Positions 56,304 to 64,000 of a DNA stretch of 64,000 nt are shown piece by piece. The position numbers and the translations under genes are program-made. Within the stretch, counting starts at the first letter, position 1; every line of letters starts with the position of its first letter. Origin of the DNA: an uncultured Acidobacteriota bacterium (GTDB lineage Bacteria > Acidobacteriota > Vicinamibacteria > Vicinamibacterales > SCN-69-37); the NCBI GenBank assembly GCA_963780895.1, contig CAWAEG010000011.1, positions 132,355-196,354 on the forward strand. The letters run 5' to 3'. The notes under the pieces were generated by a model. It was not told where the DNA came from and searched no databases. It was given only the letters and a program-made list of their open reading frames with translations.

Positions 56304-57563
56304 TTACGAGATTCCAGCGCGAATCTCCCCCGCAAGATAGAGAGATCCGGCGACGATGGTGGGTTGGCCGAGTGACATCGCGTGCCTCAACGCATCAGAC
56401 GGCCCCGCGAGCGCGATGGCCGGGACGTCAGGAGCGACGCGGGTTGCCTCGCGCAACAGACTGGCGGGCGTAGCCGCGCGCGCCGACGCGGGCGCCGTGA
56501 ACACGAAGTGTGACGCCGCGGGCGCGAGAGCTTCAATCATCTCGTCGATCGGCTTGTCCCGCATGATGCCGACGACCATTGGCACTCGCCGGCCGTAGGT
56601 CTCCTGCAGATAGCCGGTGAGCGCGCGTGCGCCACCAGGATTGTGCGCGCCGTCGATCAGGATCTCGTGGCCGTCGACGCGCCGCAGTTCGAGCCGTGCC
56701 GGCCAATCGACGTCCTCGAGCGCCATCCGGATGGCGTCGGCGGGAACCGCCAGCCCGGCCGCCGGCAGCTCTTCCAGCAATCGGGCTGCCGTGATGGCGT
56801 TGTCCATCTGGTGCCGGCCCCGGAGGCCCAGCGTCACAGTTCCGTACGACTGCCGGGGAGTGGAGAGCGAAAGCCTGGTGACCCCCGCGTCGACGGTCAT
56901 CTCGGTGGTGACACCGTCCGGCGCATACACCAGGCGCGCCATCTGCCGGCCGCACGTGTCGCCGACGATGCCGCGAACGGTCTCCGAGTTCTTCGCCAGG
57001 ACCGTCAGGCAGCCCGGCTTCACGACACCAGCTTTTTCGCCGGCGATCGCCTCAATCGTGTCGCCCAGAAACGCCTGGTGATCGAAGTCGATCGCCGTGA
57101 TCGCGACGGCCAGTGGGTTGACGACGTTCGTCGCGTCCAGTCGTCCGCCGAGGCCGACTTCGAGGACCGCGATCTCGACCCCTGCTTCGCGGAAGATCTC
57201 GAACGCCATCGCGGTCGTCGCCTCGAAGTAGCTCGGCGGAGCAGGGAGGTGAGCGGACGCAGCCTCCACCCGTGCCATCGCAGCGTCCACTTGGCCCGCA
57301 GCCGTCGTCTGGCCGTCAACCGCAAAGCGCTCTTCGAGATGCACGAGGTGCGGCGACGTATACCGGCCGGTGTGATATCCGGCCGCGCGCAGCCCTCGCT
57401 CGATCATCGCCGTCACCGATCCCTTCCCATTCGTGCCGGCGACGACGATGGACTGGAAGGTGTCCTGAGGCTGCCCCAGGTGCCGCGTGAGCGCGCGGAT
57501 CTGATCGAGACCGAGCTTGATGCCGACGATCTCGAGCGAGTCGAGGAACGGCCGGTGGATCAC
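56304..57563 (-). CDS. folC: Folylpolyglutamate/dihydrofolate synthase
   Basis: VAGTNGKGS, YTSPHL, EVGLGGRLDATN, WPARLE, DGAHNP, GSLYL.G; start uncertain. Confidence 0.93.
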   Translation of the reverse strand: MIHRPFLDSLEIVGIKLGLDQIRALTRHLGQPQDTFQSIVVAGTNGKGSVTAMIERGLRAAGYHTGRYTSPHLVHLEERFAVDGQTTAAGQVDAAMARVEAASAHLPAPPSYFEATTAMAFEIFREAGVEIAVLEVGLGGRLDATNVVNPLAVAITAIDFDHQAFLGDTIEAIAGEKAGVVKPGCLTVLAKNSETVRGIVGDTCGRQMARLVYAPDGVTTEMTVDAGVTRLSLSTPRQSYGTVTLGLRGRHQMDNAITAARLLEELPAAGLAVPADAIRMALEDVDWPARLELRRVDGHEILIDGAHNPGGARALTGYLQETYGRRVPMVVGIMRDKPIDEMIEALAPAASHFVFTAPASARAATPASLLREATRVAPDVPAIALAGPSDALRHAMSLGQPTIVAGSLYLAGEIRAGIS

Positions 57564-57616
57564 GTGGCTGCTCAGTGGGGATCGATGTGGGTTGCGGCTG
57601 CTTGCCAAGAGCGATT

Positions 57617-57859
57617 ACCACGAAGCTCACGAAGTGCACGAAGGAAAACCCGACAGGTGTAGAGAGGGATTTGAGACACCCGCTGATCTGGCGGGCCCGG
57701 CTTCGCCGGGCCGCGATCTGTGAGAGGCAGCGACGCGACAAGACGTCCGAGAGATCTTTTCTCACGTCTTGTCGGTCGCTGCCTCTCACAGATCGCCACG
57801 CCGCCGCAGGCGGCCGCCAGATCAGCGCTGTCTTCGTGTCCTTCGTGTCCTTCGTGGTT
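57617..57859. repeat. Cruciform palindromic element bracketed by inverted nonamer arrays
   Basis: (CACGAAG..)x3 and (CTTCGTG..)x3 arms; stems 57681-57694/57814-57827 and 57713-57734/57775-57796. Confidence 0.8.
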
Positions 57860-57912
57860 CATGCTCTTGGCACGTGCTCTTGCTCTCCCTTTTGCTCTCC
57901 GCGAGCGCTTTC

Positions 57913-58794
57913 TCATGACCTCGCAGGCGGGGTCGTCGGAGCCGTGCGCGCCGGCAGGCCCATCAACATGCGGAGCGTGCGCGAGAGGTGCAGCTTCAGC
58001 TCGCGGCGATCGACGATGGCGTCGATGAAGCCTTTCTCGAGCAGGAACTCGCTGCGCTGAAATCCCTCGGGCAGCTTCTGCTTGATCGTCTGTTCGATGA
58101 CCCGCGGCCCGGCGAATCCGATGAGCGCCTTGGGTTCCGCGAGGTTCAGATCGCCCAGCATCGCGAAGCTTGCGGTGACCCCGCCCGTTGTCGGATCGGT
58201 GAGGATCGAGATGTACGGGAGCCCGGCCCGATCCAGCCGGCCCAACGCCGCGCAGATCTTGCCCATCTGCATCAGCGAGAGCGCGCCTTCCATCATCCGG
58301 GCGCCTCCGGAGCACGAGACCACGACGAACGGCGCCCGGGTCTCCAACGCGAGCTCGGCGCCGCGCGTGATCTTTTCGCCGACCACCACACCCATGCTGC
58401 CGCCGATGAACCCGTACTCCATGGCGGCAATCACGGCCGGGAGGCCGTCGAGCTCACCCGATCCGACGATGATCGCGTCTTTGAGCCCCGTCGCCTTGAT
58501 GGACGCGTCGAGCCGCGCTTTGTACGGTTTGGTGTCGGTGAACTTCAGCGGATCGAGCGACCGCAGATCGCGATCGTGCTCGGTCCACCTGCCGTCGAAC
58601 AGCATCTTCAGCCGATCGGCCGCGGTCATCCGGAAGTGGTGAGCGCACTGCGGACACACCTGCAGCGTCGCGACGAGCTCTTTGTTGTAGATCGCTCGTC
58701 CACACGACGGGCACTTCACCCAGAGGCCTTCCGGAACCCGGCTGGCTTTGGCCGGGGACTTGATCGGCTTCCGAGCCTTCTTGAACCAGGCCAT
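57913..58794 (-). CDS. accD: Acetyl-CoA carboxylase carboxyltransferase beta subunit
   Basis: PEGLWVKC..C, GGSMG.VVGEK, SGGARM.EG, DPTTGGVTASFA. Confidence 0.96.
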   Translation of the reverse strand: MAWFKKARKPIKSPAKASRVPEGLWVKCPSCGRAIYNKELVATLQVCPQCAHHFRMTAADRLKMLFDGRWTEHDRDLRSLDPLKFTDTKPYKARLDASIKATGLKDAIIVGSGELDGLPAVIAAMEYGFIGGSMGVVVGEKITRGAELALETRAPFVVVSCSGGARMMEGALSLMQMGKICAALGRLDRAGLPYISILTDPTTGGVTASFAMLGDLNLAEPKALIGFAGPRVIEQTIKQKLPEGFQRSEFLLEKGFIDAIVDRRELKLHLSRTLRMLMGLPARTAPTTPPARS

Positions 58795-58815
58795 GGGGCA
58801 CAAAAGTAACAGAAA

Positions 58816-58898
58816 CGCGCTATTGGGTTATCGCGCTATCGTGCGATCGGCCGGATACCTGCGATAACCCGAGAGCGCGATGACGTGATCGCGCGATC
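58816..58898. repeat. Degenerate inverted octamer arrays (CGCGCTAT/CGCGAT)
   Basis: cgcgctattgggttatcgcgctatcgtgcgat ... gcgataacccg ... atcgcgcgat. Confidence 0.55.
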
Positions 58899-59538
58899 AG
58901 GTGGTTCTCAACACGTAGTACTGCGTTCCCCGTCCCATTGCGCGGATCTGCTTCAACAGGTCCTCGATCGCGTCTTCGCCCCAGCTGAGATCGAACTGCG
59001 AGGTCTCGACCACGAGCAGCGGCGTCGCGGTGTAGTGAAAAAAGAAATGGTTGTACGCCTCGTTGAGCTCGGCGATGTACTCCTCCGTCGGCAGCGCCTC
59101 GTCCTGGTCGGACCGCCGGGTGCGTTCGCGGAGGCGCTTCTTGAGCGCTTCGGTCGGCGCCTGCAGGTACACCACGAGATCGGGTACCACGAGGTCACGC
59201 GAGACGAGATCGTAGAGCCGCTGATAAATGAACAGCTCGTTGTCGTCCAGATTCATGAACGCGTAGATGCGATCACGGTCGAACAGGAAGTCGCACACCG
59301 TGGTCTGGCTGAACAGATCGCCCTGGCGCAGTTTCAGCAGCTGACGATGGCGGGCGAGCGTGAAAAAGAGCTGAGCCTGGAACGCCGAACCCTGGCGGCC
59401 GCCGTAGAAGTCGGCGAGGAACGGATTGTGCTTCTCGTCGAGGACGACCGCGGCGTCGAGCCGCGCGCCGAGCCGTTCGGCCAGCGTCGTCTTCCCCAGA
59501 CCGATCGGGCCCTCGATCGCGAGGTAACGGAAGTCCAA
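58897..59538 (-). CDS. Deoxynucleoside kinase
   Basis: IEG.IG.GKTTLA, NPFL..FY, QLFF...R..Q, PDLVVYLQA; TTG start inferred. Confidence 0.9.
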   Translation of the reverse strand: MDFRYLAIEGPIGLGKTTLAERLGARLDAAVVLDEKHNPFLADFYGGRQGSAFQAQLFFTLARHRQLLKLRQGDLFSQTTVCDFLFDRDRIYAFMNLDDNELFIYQRLYDLVSRDLVVPDLVVYLQAPTEALKKRLRERTRRSDQDEALPTEEYIAELNEAYNHFFFHYTATPLLVVETSQFDLSWGEDAIEDLLKQIRAMGRGTQYYVLRTT

Positions 59539-59579
59539 GGGGGGGTCAGTATAGCAGTGGAATGAAACCCGTCCGACCC

Positions 59580-59655
59580 ATCGGGTAATTGAGCAATTGA
59601 CCAATTGAGCAATTGAAGAACAATTACCCAATTACCAATTACCCAATTACCCGAT
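59580..59655. repeat. Inverted octamer arrays (AATTGAGC / CAATTACC)
   Basis: atcgggtaattgagcaattgaccaattgagcaattg-aagaa-caattacccaattaccaattacccaattacccgat. Confidence 0.85.
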
Positions 59656-59727
59656 CGGTACCCGCCGTACCGACTCGTCACTTAAGTCGGATCGAACTTC
59701 GCACGATACGATACCTGGTGAGGTCTC

Positions 59728-60837
59728 GTGAGAATCGATGCGGTCGAGCTGTCGGTCGTCCGGCTGCCGCTCGTGCGGCCCTTCGAGACGAGCTTTGGAC
59801 GCATGTCGGCGCGCGAATTCGTGCTCGTGGCCGCCCGCCAGGGTGGCGTCACGGGATGGGGCGAGTGTGTCGCGGATGTGGATCCGTATTACAGCTCTGA
59901 AACTACCGCGACGAGCTGGCAGATGTTGTCGAAGTATCTCGTGCCGCCGGTGCTCGGCGCGGATATTGAACACCCGAGAATGCTGCACGGCTTCTGGAAG
60001 CGCGTCCGTGGCCACCGGATGGCGAAAGCCGCGCTCGAGATGGCAGCGTGGGATCTGCACGCGCGGCTCGAGCGCCTGCCGTTGTACGAAGTGCTCGGCG
60101 GGACCGCCCGTCCGATCGCCGCGGGCGTCTCAATCGGTATTCACGAGACGCCGGCCGCGCTCGTCGAGCGTGTCCAGTCGGAGCTCGCCGAGGGCTACCG
60201 GCGCGTCAAGATCAAGATCAAGCCCGGCTGGGATCGAGCGCCGGTCGAAGCCATTCGCGAGGCGTGTGGAGACATCGCGCTCATGGTCGACGCCAATGCC
60301 GCCTACCAGGCCAGCGATGCAGGCGTGCTCGCCGAGCTCGATCGCTTTCACTTGATGATGATCGAACAGCCGCTCGACTACGACGATCTGGTGCAGCACG
60401 CGCGGCTGCAGCCGTCGCTCGGCACGCCGATTTGTCTCGACGAGTCGATCACCGGCCCACAGGCCGCTATCGACGCCCTGGATCTCGAAGCCTGCCGGAT
60501 CATCAACATCAAGCCCGGCCGGATGGGCGGGTTCGGCCCGTCGCTCGCCGTCCACGCGATCGCGCAGGAGCGCGCCATTCCGCTGTGGCACGGCGGAATG
60601 CTCGAAAGTGGGATCGGCCGGGCGCACAACTTGCATTTGTCCACGCTGCCCGGCTTCGTGCTGCCGGGCGATGTCGCGGCGAGCCGGCGATATTTCGTCC
60701 CGGACCTGATCGACCCACCGATCGAGGTGGCACCCGACGGAACGATCGCCGTGCCCGCCGGTCCTGGCACCGGCGTCAATCCGGTGCCCGATCGGCTGCG
60801 GGCCGCGACGCTTCATACAGAAAGGTTCTGCGCGTGA
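59728..60837 (+). CDS. menC: o-Succinylbenzoate synthase / N-acylamino acid racemase
   Basis: PF.TSFG, G.GEC, K.KIKPG, VDAN, IEQP, LDES, INIK.GR.GG, GGMLESG. Confidence 0.88.
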   Translation: MRIDAVELSVVRLPLVRPFETSFGRMSAREFVLVAARQGGVTGWGECVADVDPYYSSETTATSWQMLSKYLVPPVLGADIEHPRMLHGFWKRVRGHRMAKAALEMAAWDLHARLERLPLYEVLGGTARPIAAGVSIGIHETPAALVERVQSELAEGYRRVKIKIKPGWDRAPVEAIREACGDIALMVDANAAYQASDAGVLAELDRFHLMMIEQPLDYDDLVQHARLQPSLGTPICLDESITGPQAAIDALDLEACRIINIKPGRMGGFGPSLAVHAIAQERAIPLWHGGMLESGIGRAHNLHLSTLPGFVLPGDVAASRRYFVPDLIDPPIEVAPDGTIAVPAGPGTGVNPVPDRLRAATLHTERFCA

Positions 60838-62963
60838 GCAAGTACCTCTGGGTCCTCGCGCTCGTGACGGGACTGACGGCGTGCGCGGCCAAAAAGCCCG
60901 CCCAGCCGCCGGCGCCGCCGCCACCGCCGCCGGTCCCGATCGACACGAAAGCCGCCTGGACGCTGCGGCTCGAACACCAGCGGGTGTTACGCGACGGAGG
61001 GGTTGACGGGCCCGCGACCATGCCCGTGGGACCGCGCGCGCTGACGGAGGCGATCTCCGCGGATCTCGAAGGGCTCGCGGTCGATCCGGATCCTGCGCTT
61101 CGTCGCCGCGCGCTTCTCGCCATCGGCCGCGTCGGTGCCGCTGAAGGGCTGCGGGCGTTGGTCCCGGCGTTGACCGATCCGGACGAGAACGCCCGCGCGA
61201 CCGCCGCGTTCGCGCTCGGCTTGCTCGCATCCAAAGACGCGATCGATCCGCTGCGCGCTGCCCTTCAGGATCCCTCGCTGGCGGTGCGCGGCCGGGCCAT
61301 CGAAGCGCTGGGGCTCATTGGCGACCCCGCCGCGGCCCCGGCGGTGGCCGACGCCGCGGGTTGCCGCGCGACGATCGCCGCTATCGAGGCCGACGACGAG
61401 GGATGGCCGAAGACGCCGGAGGTCGAGGTCTGCCGGCTCGCGCTGTTCGCGCTCGTCCGGCTTCGAGACTACGACGCGCTGGCCCGCGCCGCGCTCGACG
61501 AGCAGGGGCAGCCCGTCTCCCGCTGGTGGCCGGTCGCGTACGCGCTGCAGCGGATCAATGACGCGCGCGCCGTGCCGGCGTTGCTCACGCTGTCGTCGAG
61601 CACAGGTGTCTACACCCCGGCGTTTGCGCTGCGAGGACTCGCGGCCGCGAAGGACCGCCGTGTCGTTCCCCCCGCGGTGGCCGCGGCAACACGTGCGGAT
61701 GGCGATGTCCGCCTTCGGGCCGCCGCCGTCCGCGCGCTCGGTCAGGTCGGCGGCGCCGACGTCGCCCAACCGCTCAGGAAAATCATTTCCGACCCCGCCA
61801 CGCCGCCGAACCTTGCGCTCGAAGCGGTCAACGCGCTGGCGGCCGCCGGTGGACCGCAGGTGTACGGCGTGATGCTCGATCTGCTGACGGACCCGTGGCC
61901 CGCGATCCGCGCGGCGGCGATCACGGGAGCGGCTCAGCTCGATCCGGAGGGGTTCCTGCTCGTCATCTCGACGTTCGATCGGGATCCGGACTGGTCCGTG
62001 CGCGCGGCGCTGGCGAGAGTCCTGGGTTCGCTGCCCGTCGATCGGGCCACCCCCGCCCTTCAGGAGCTGGCGGCCGACGACGACGTTCGCGTGCGCGGAC
62101 CGGCGCTCGAGTCGCTTGCGAAAATCGAGGTTCCGGATCTCACCAAGCGTCTCTTCGACGCGCTCGACGCGCCGGACTTCGTGGTGCGTGCGACCGCGGC
62201 GCGTTTGATGGGTGAACGGAAACCACAGGGCGGGGCGCCGCGGCTGGCCGCGGCGTATGTCCGGGCGGCCGAGGGCGATGCGGCCTACGCCGCCCGTGCG
62301 GCCGCGCTCGAGGCGCTCGCGAAGTATGGCGGGGAAGAGGCGCTGACGACGCTCAGCAAGGCGCTCGCCGATCGCGACTGGCCCGTCCGGATCCGCGCCG
62401 CCGAGCTTCTTCGTGAGCTGGGTCAGCCGGACGCCGCCCCGGTGCGGCCTGCGCCCGTCCGGCAGTCGCTCGAGCTCTTCGAATCCCCTCGGCTCCTCCG
62501 GCCGGACTATTCACCTCACGCGTTCATCGAAACGCGGATGGGAACCATCGAAATCGAGCTCAACGTCGTCGATTCGCCACTGACGGCGTGGACGTTCGTC
62601 GAGCTGGCGAGGGCCGGCTTCTTCAACGGCATCCGGATCCATCGCCTCGTGCCGAACTTCGTCGTGCAGGCGGGTGACCCGCGTGGAGACGGGGAAGGCG
62701 GGCCCGGCTACACGATTCGAGACGAACTGAGCCCGATGCCGTTTCTCCGCGGGACGGTGGGGATGGCGCTGGATTGGCGCGACACGGGGGGCAGCCAGTT
62801 CTTCATCACCGTGTCACCGCAGCCGCATCTCGACGGCAGGTATACGGTGTTCGGTAAGGTCGTCAACGGCATGGATCTGCTGGACGGGCTGTCGCTCTGG
62901 GACGTGATCGAGCGCGTGCGGATCTGGGACGGCAAGACGATGGGTTCGACGCCCTCGCGTTAG
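60834..62963 (+). CDS. HEAT-repeat lipoprotein with C-terminal cyclophilin PPIase
   Basis: Lipobox LTAC, many HEAT repeats, HR.VPNFVVQ.GDP.G.G.GGPG, GSQFFI...QPHLDG.YTVFG. Confidence 0.88.
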   Translation: MSKYLWVLALVTGLTACAAKKPAQPPAPPPPPPVPIDTKAAWTLRLEHQRVLRDGGVDGPATMPVGPRALTEAISADLEGLAVDPDPALRRRALLAIGRVGAAEGLRALVPALTDPDENARATAAFALGLLASKDAIDPLRAALQDPSLAVRGRAIEALGLIGDPAAAPAVADAAGCRATIAAIEADDEGWPKTPEVEVCRLALFALVRLRDYDALARAALDEQGQPVSRWWPVAYALQRINDARAVPALLTLSSSTGVYTPAFALRGLAAAKDRRVVPPAVAAATRADGDVRLRAAAVRALGQVGGADVAQPLRKIISDPATPPNLALEAVNALAAAGGPQVYGVMLDLLTDPWPAIRAAAITGAAQLDPEGFLLVISTFDRDPDWSVRAALARVLGSLPVDRATPALQELAADDDVRVRGPALESLAKIEVPDLTKRLFDALDAPDFVVRATAARLMGERKPQGGAPRLAAAYVRAAEGDAAYAARAAALEALAKYGGEEALTTLSKALADRDWPVRIRAAELLRELGQPDAAPVRPAPVRQSLELFESPRLLRPDYSPHAFIETRMGTIEIELNVVDSPLTAWTFVELARAGFFNGIRIHRLVPNFVVQAGDPRGDGEGGPGYTIRDELSPMPFLRGTVGMALDWRDTGGSQFFITVSPQPHLDGRYTVFGKVVNGMDLLDGLSLWDVIERVRIWDGKTMGSTPSR

Positions 62964-62970
62964 GGGGAAG

Positions 62971-63021
62971 GACCTCGGGTTTCGTTTCTTGAAGAGCAGG
63001 GCGGCAACGAAACCCGAGGTC
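62971..63021. repeat. GACCTC-type palindrome (third copy)
   Basis: gacctcgggtttcgtt / aacgaaacccgaggtc. Confidence 0.75.
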
Positions 63022-63022
63022 T

Positions 63023-63063
63023 AAAAGAAAAAGGGGGCGACAATCGCCCCCTCTTTCTCTTTC
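63023..63063. terminator. Bidirectional intrinsic terminator
   Basis: aaaagaaaa-agggggcga-caa-tcgccccct-ctttctcttt. Confidence 0.75.
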
Positions 63064-63076
63064 AAGCCAGGCAGGC

Positions 63077-63130
63077 TTAGCGCTTCTTGCCGCCCTTCTT
63101 TTTCCCGCCCTTGGCTGCTTTCTTCGCCAT
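63077..63130 (-). CDS. 17-aa Lys-rich micro-protein MAKKAAKGGKKKGGKKR
   Basis: Purine-rich RBS-like AAGGGGGG upstream, TAA stop, terminator directly downstream. Confidence 0.55.
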   Translation of the reverse strand: MAKKAAKGGKKKGGKKR

Positions 63131-63290
63131 TGTCTTGGTTCCCCCCCTTCACGGTGGTGTGCTGCGCAGGCATCGACTGCGCCGCGGCGTCGCTGCCAAC
63201 CGGCACGCATGACCCGCGCGCGCAGCGCCCTTGCCTTGCTGCAGACAATCGAGCGTTGATCGGGCGGCTCGCGTCTGCGATCTCGGACAC

Positions 63291-63324
63291 AAAAAAAAGG
63301 GTGCAGGCACAAGTGCCGCACCCT
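63291..63324 (-). terminator. Intrinsic terminator
   Basis: agggtgc-ggcac-ttgtgcc-t-gcaccc-TTTTTTTT. Confidence 0.75.
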
Positions 63325-63489
63325 GTCGCCTTACGTCGTTGCCTGGCGCCTCGCCGCGTTCGGGTCGATCATGACTCGACGCGTCGTTCGACTTCCGTCG
63401 GTGTCCATTAAGAACGGCGCGAGAGCAACTGACTCATCATCACTGTCGACGATGCACAACAGATCGTATGAGTCAGTCGATCGCACGCA
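63291..63489 (-). ncRNA. Candidate ~200-nt sRNA or attenuator leader
   Basis: Bounded by a near-consensus promoter and a U8 terminator; hairpin actgactcat/atgagtcagt. Confidence 0.45.
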
Positions 63490-63495
63490 AGACGT

Positions 63496-63524
63496 AGATT
63501 AGGGTTGGTCTTGAGGAGAGTCAA
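63496..63524 (-). promoter_or_regulatory. Sigma70 promoter
   Basis: TTGACT-N17-TAATCT. Confidence 0.65.
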
Positions 63525-63590
63525 GCACATTCTTCGTCTCGACGCGCGTCGATCGTGCGCTCGACGCGCACGCGATCGCCCGCGCGCGAC

Positions 63591-64000
63591 TCAGAACACC
63601 GTCGTCTTGAGCTCCTGCTTCTCGGTGTGGCGCTCGAGGGCGAGCGCGATGAGCCGATCGACGAGCGCGGCGTACGGCACGCCCGACGTCGCCCACAGCT
63701 TCGAGTACATGCTGATGGTGGTGAACCCGGGGAGCGTGTTGATCTCGTTCACGTAGAGCGCGCCGGTCGCGCGGCTCAGCAGGAAGTCGACCCGCGCGAG
63801 CCCGGAGCCGTCGATGGCGTCGAAGGCCGCGAGGGCCAGCTGCTGCACCTCGCGCGCCTGCGCCTCCTCGAGCACGGCGGGGATCTCCAGCCGCGAGTGC
63901 CCGTCGATGTACTTCGCCTGGTAGTCGTAGAACTCCCGCGACGGGACGATCTCGCCGGGCACGGACGCTTCGGGCGCCTCGTTGCCGAGCACCGCGCACT
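63591..64000 (-). CDS. ddl: D-alanine--D-alanine ligase, C-terminal part
   Basis: [26 protein letters not shown]. Confidence 0.93.
   Translation of the reverse strand, partial: CAVLGNEAPEASVPGEIVPSREFYDYQAKYIDGHSRLEIPAVLEEAQAREVQQLALAAFDAIDGSGLARVDFLLSRATGALYVNEINTLPGFTTISMYSKLWATSGVPYAALVDRLIALALERHTEKQELKTTVF

Noticed and set aside
60048-60833. 971-aa version of the HEAT-cyclophilin ORF
   Set aside because: Overlaps menC out of frame; the lipoprotein signal begins at 60834
63331-63408. 25-codon ORF MDTDGSRTTRR... inside the candidate sRNA
   Set aside because: No SD and no recognisable composition; not called as a CDS

Overview
High-GC bacterial chromosomal window. The gene content and repeat style suggest Acidobacteriota, Vicinamibacteria-like (inference). 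It is mostly housekeeping: sulfate ABC operon with Rrf2 regulator, tRNA(CAT), rpoD-dnaG-mutS2-larB, citrate synthase-lepA-lepB, hutI, yggU/yggS, dinG-glyA-rpiB, rlmI, thiC, htpX, rfbA/rfbB, lptD-folC-accD, menC and ddl. Small accessory inserts are a VapBC toxin-antitoxin pair, a Dam-like MTase plus PD-(D/E)XK nuclease, and a wHTH-PD40 regulator with a divergent secreted protein. The most unusual signals are four. (1) Two ~250-bp cruciform MITE-like elements in inverted orientation bracket a single cargo gene upstream of thiC. (2) Short 7/8/9-mer tandem arrays and REP-like palindromes sit at many gene junctions, and several are translated in frame. (3) A phytol-kinase-like/DUF92 fusion is coupled to a UbiA prenyltransferase, a possible prenol-salvage module. 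(4) A promoter-to-terminator ~200-nt candidate sRNA is followed by a 17-aa Lys-rich micro-ORF. Five apparent single-base insertions in three genes suggest assembly errors. All calls were made by eye, without database searches.
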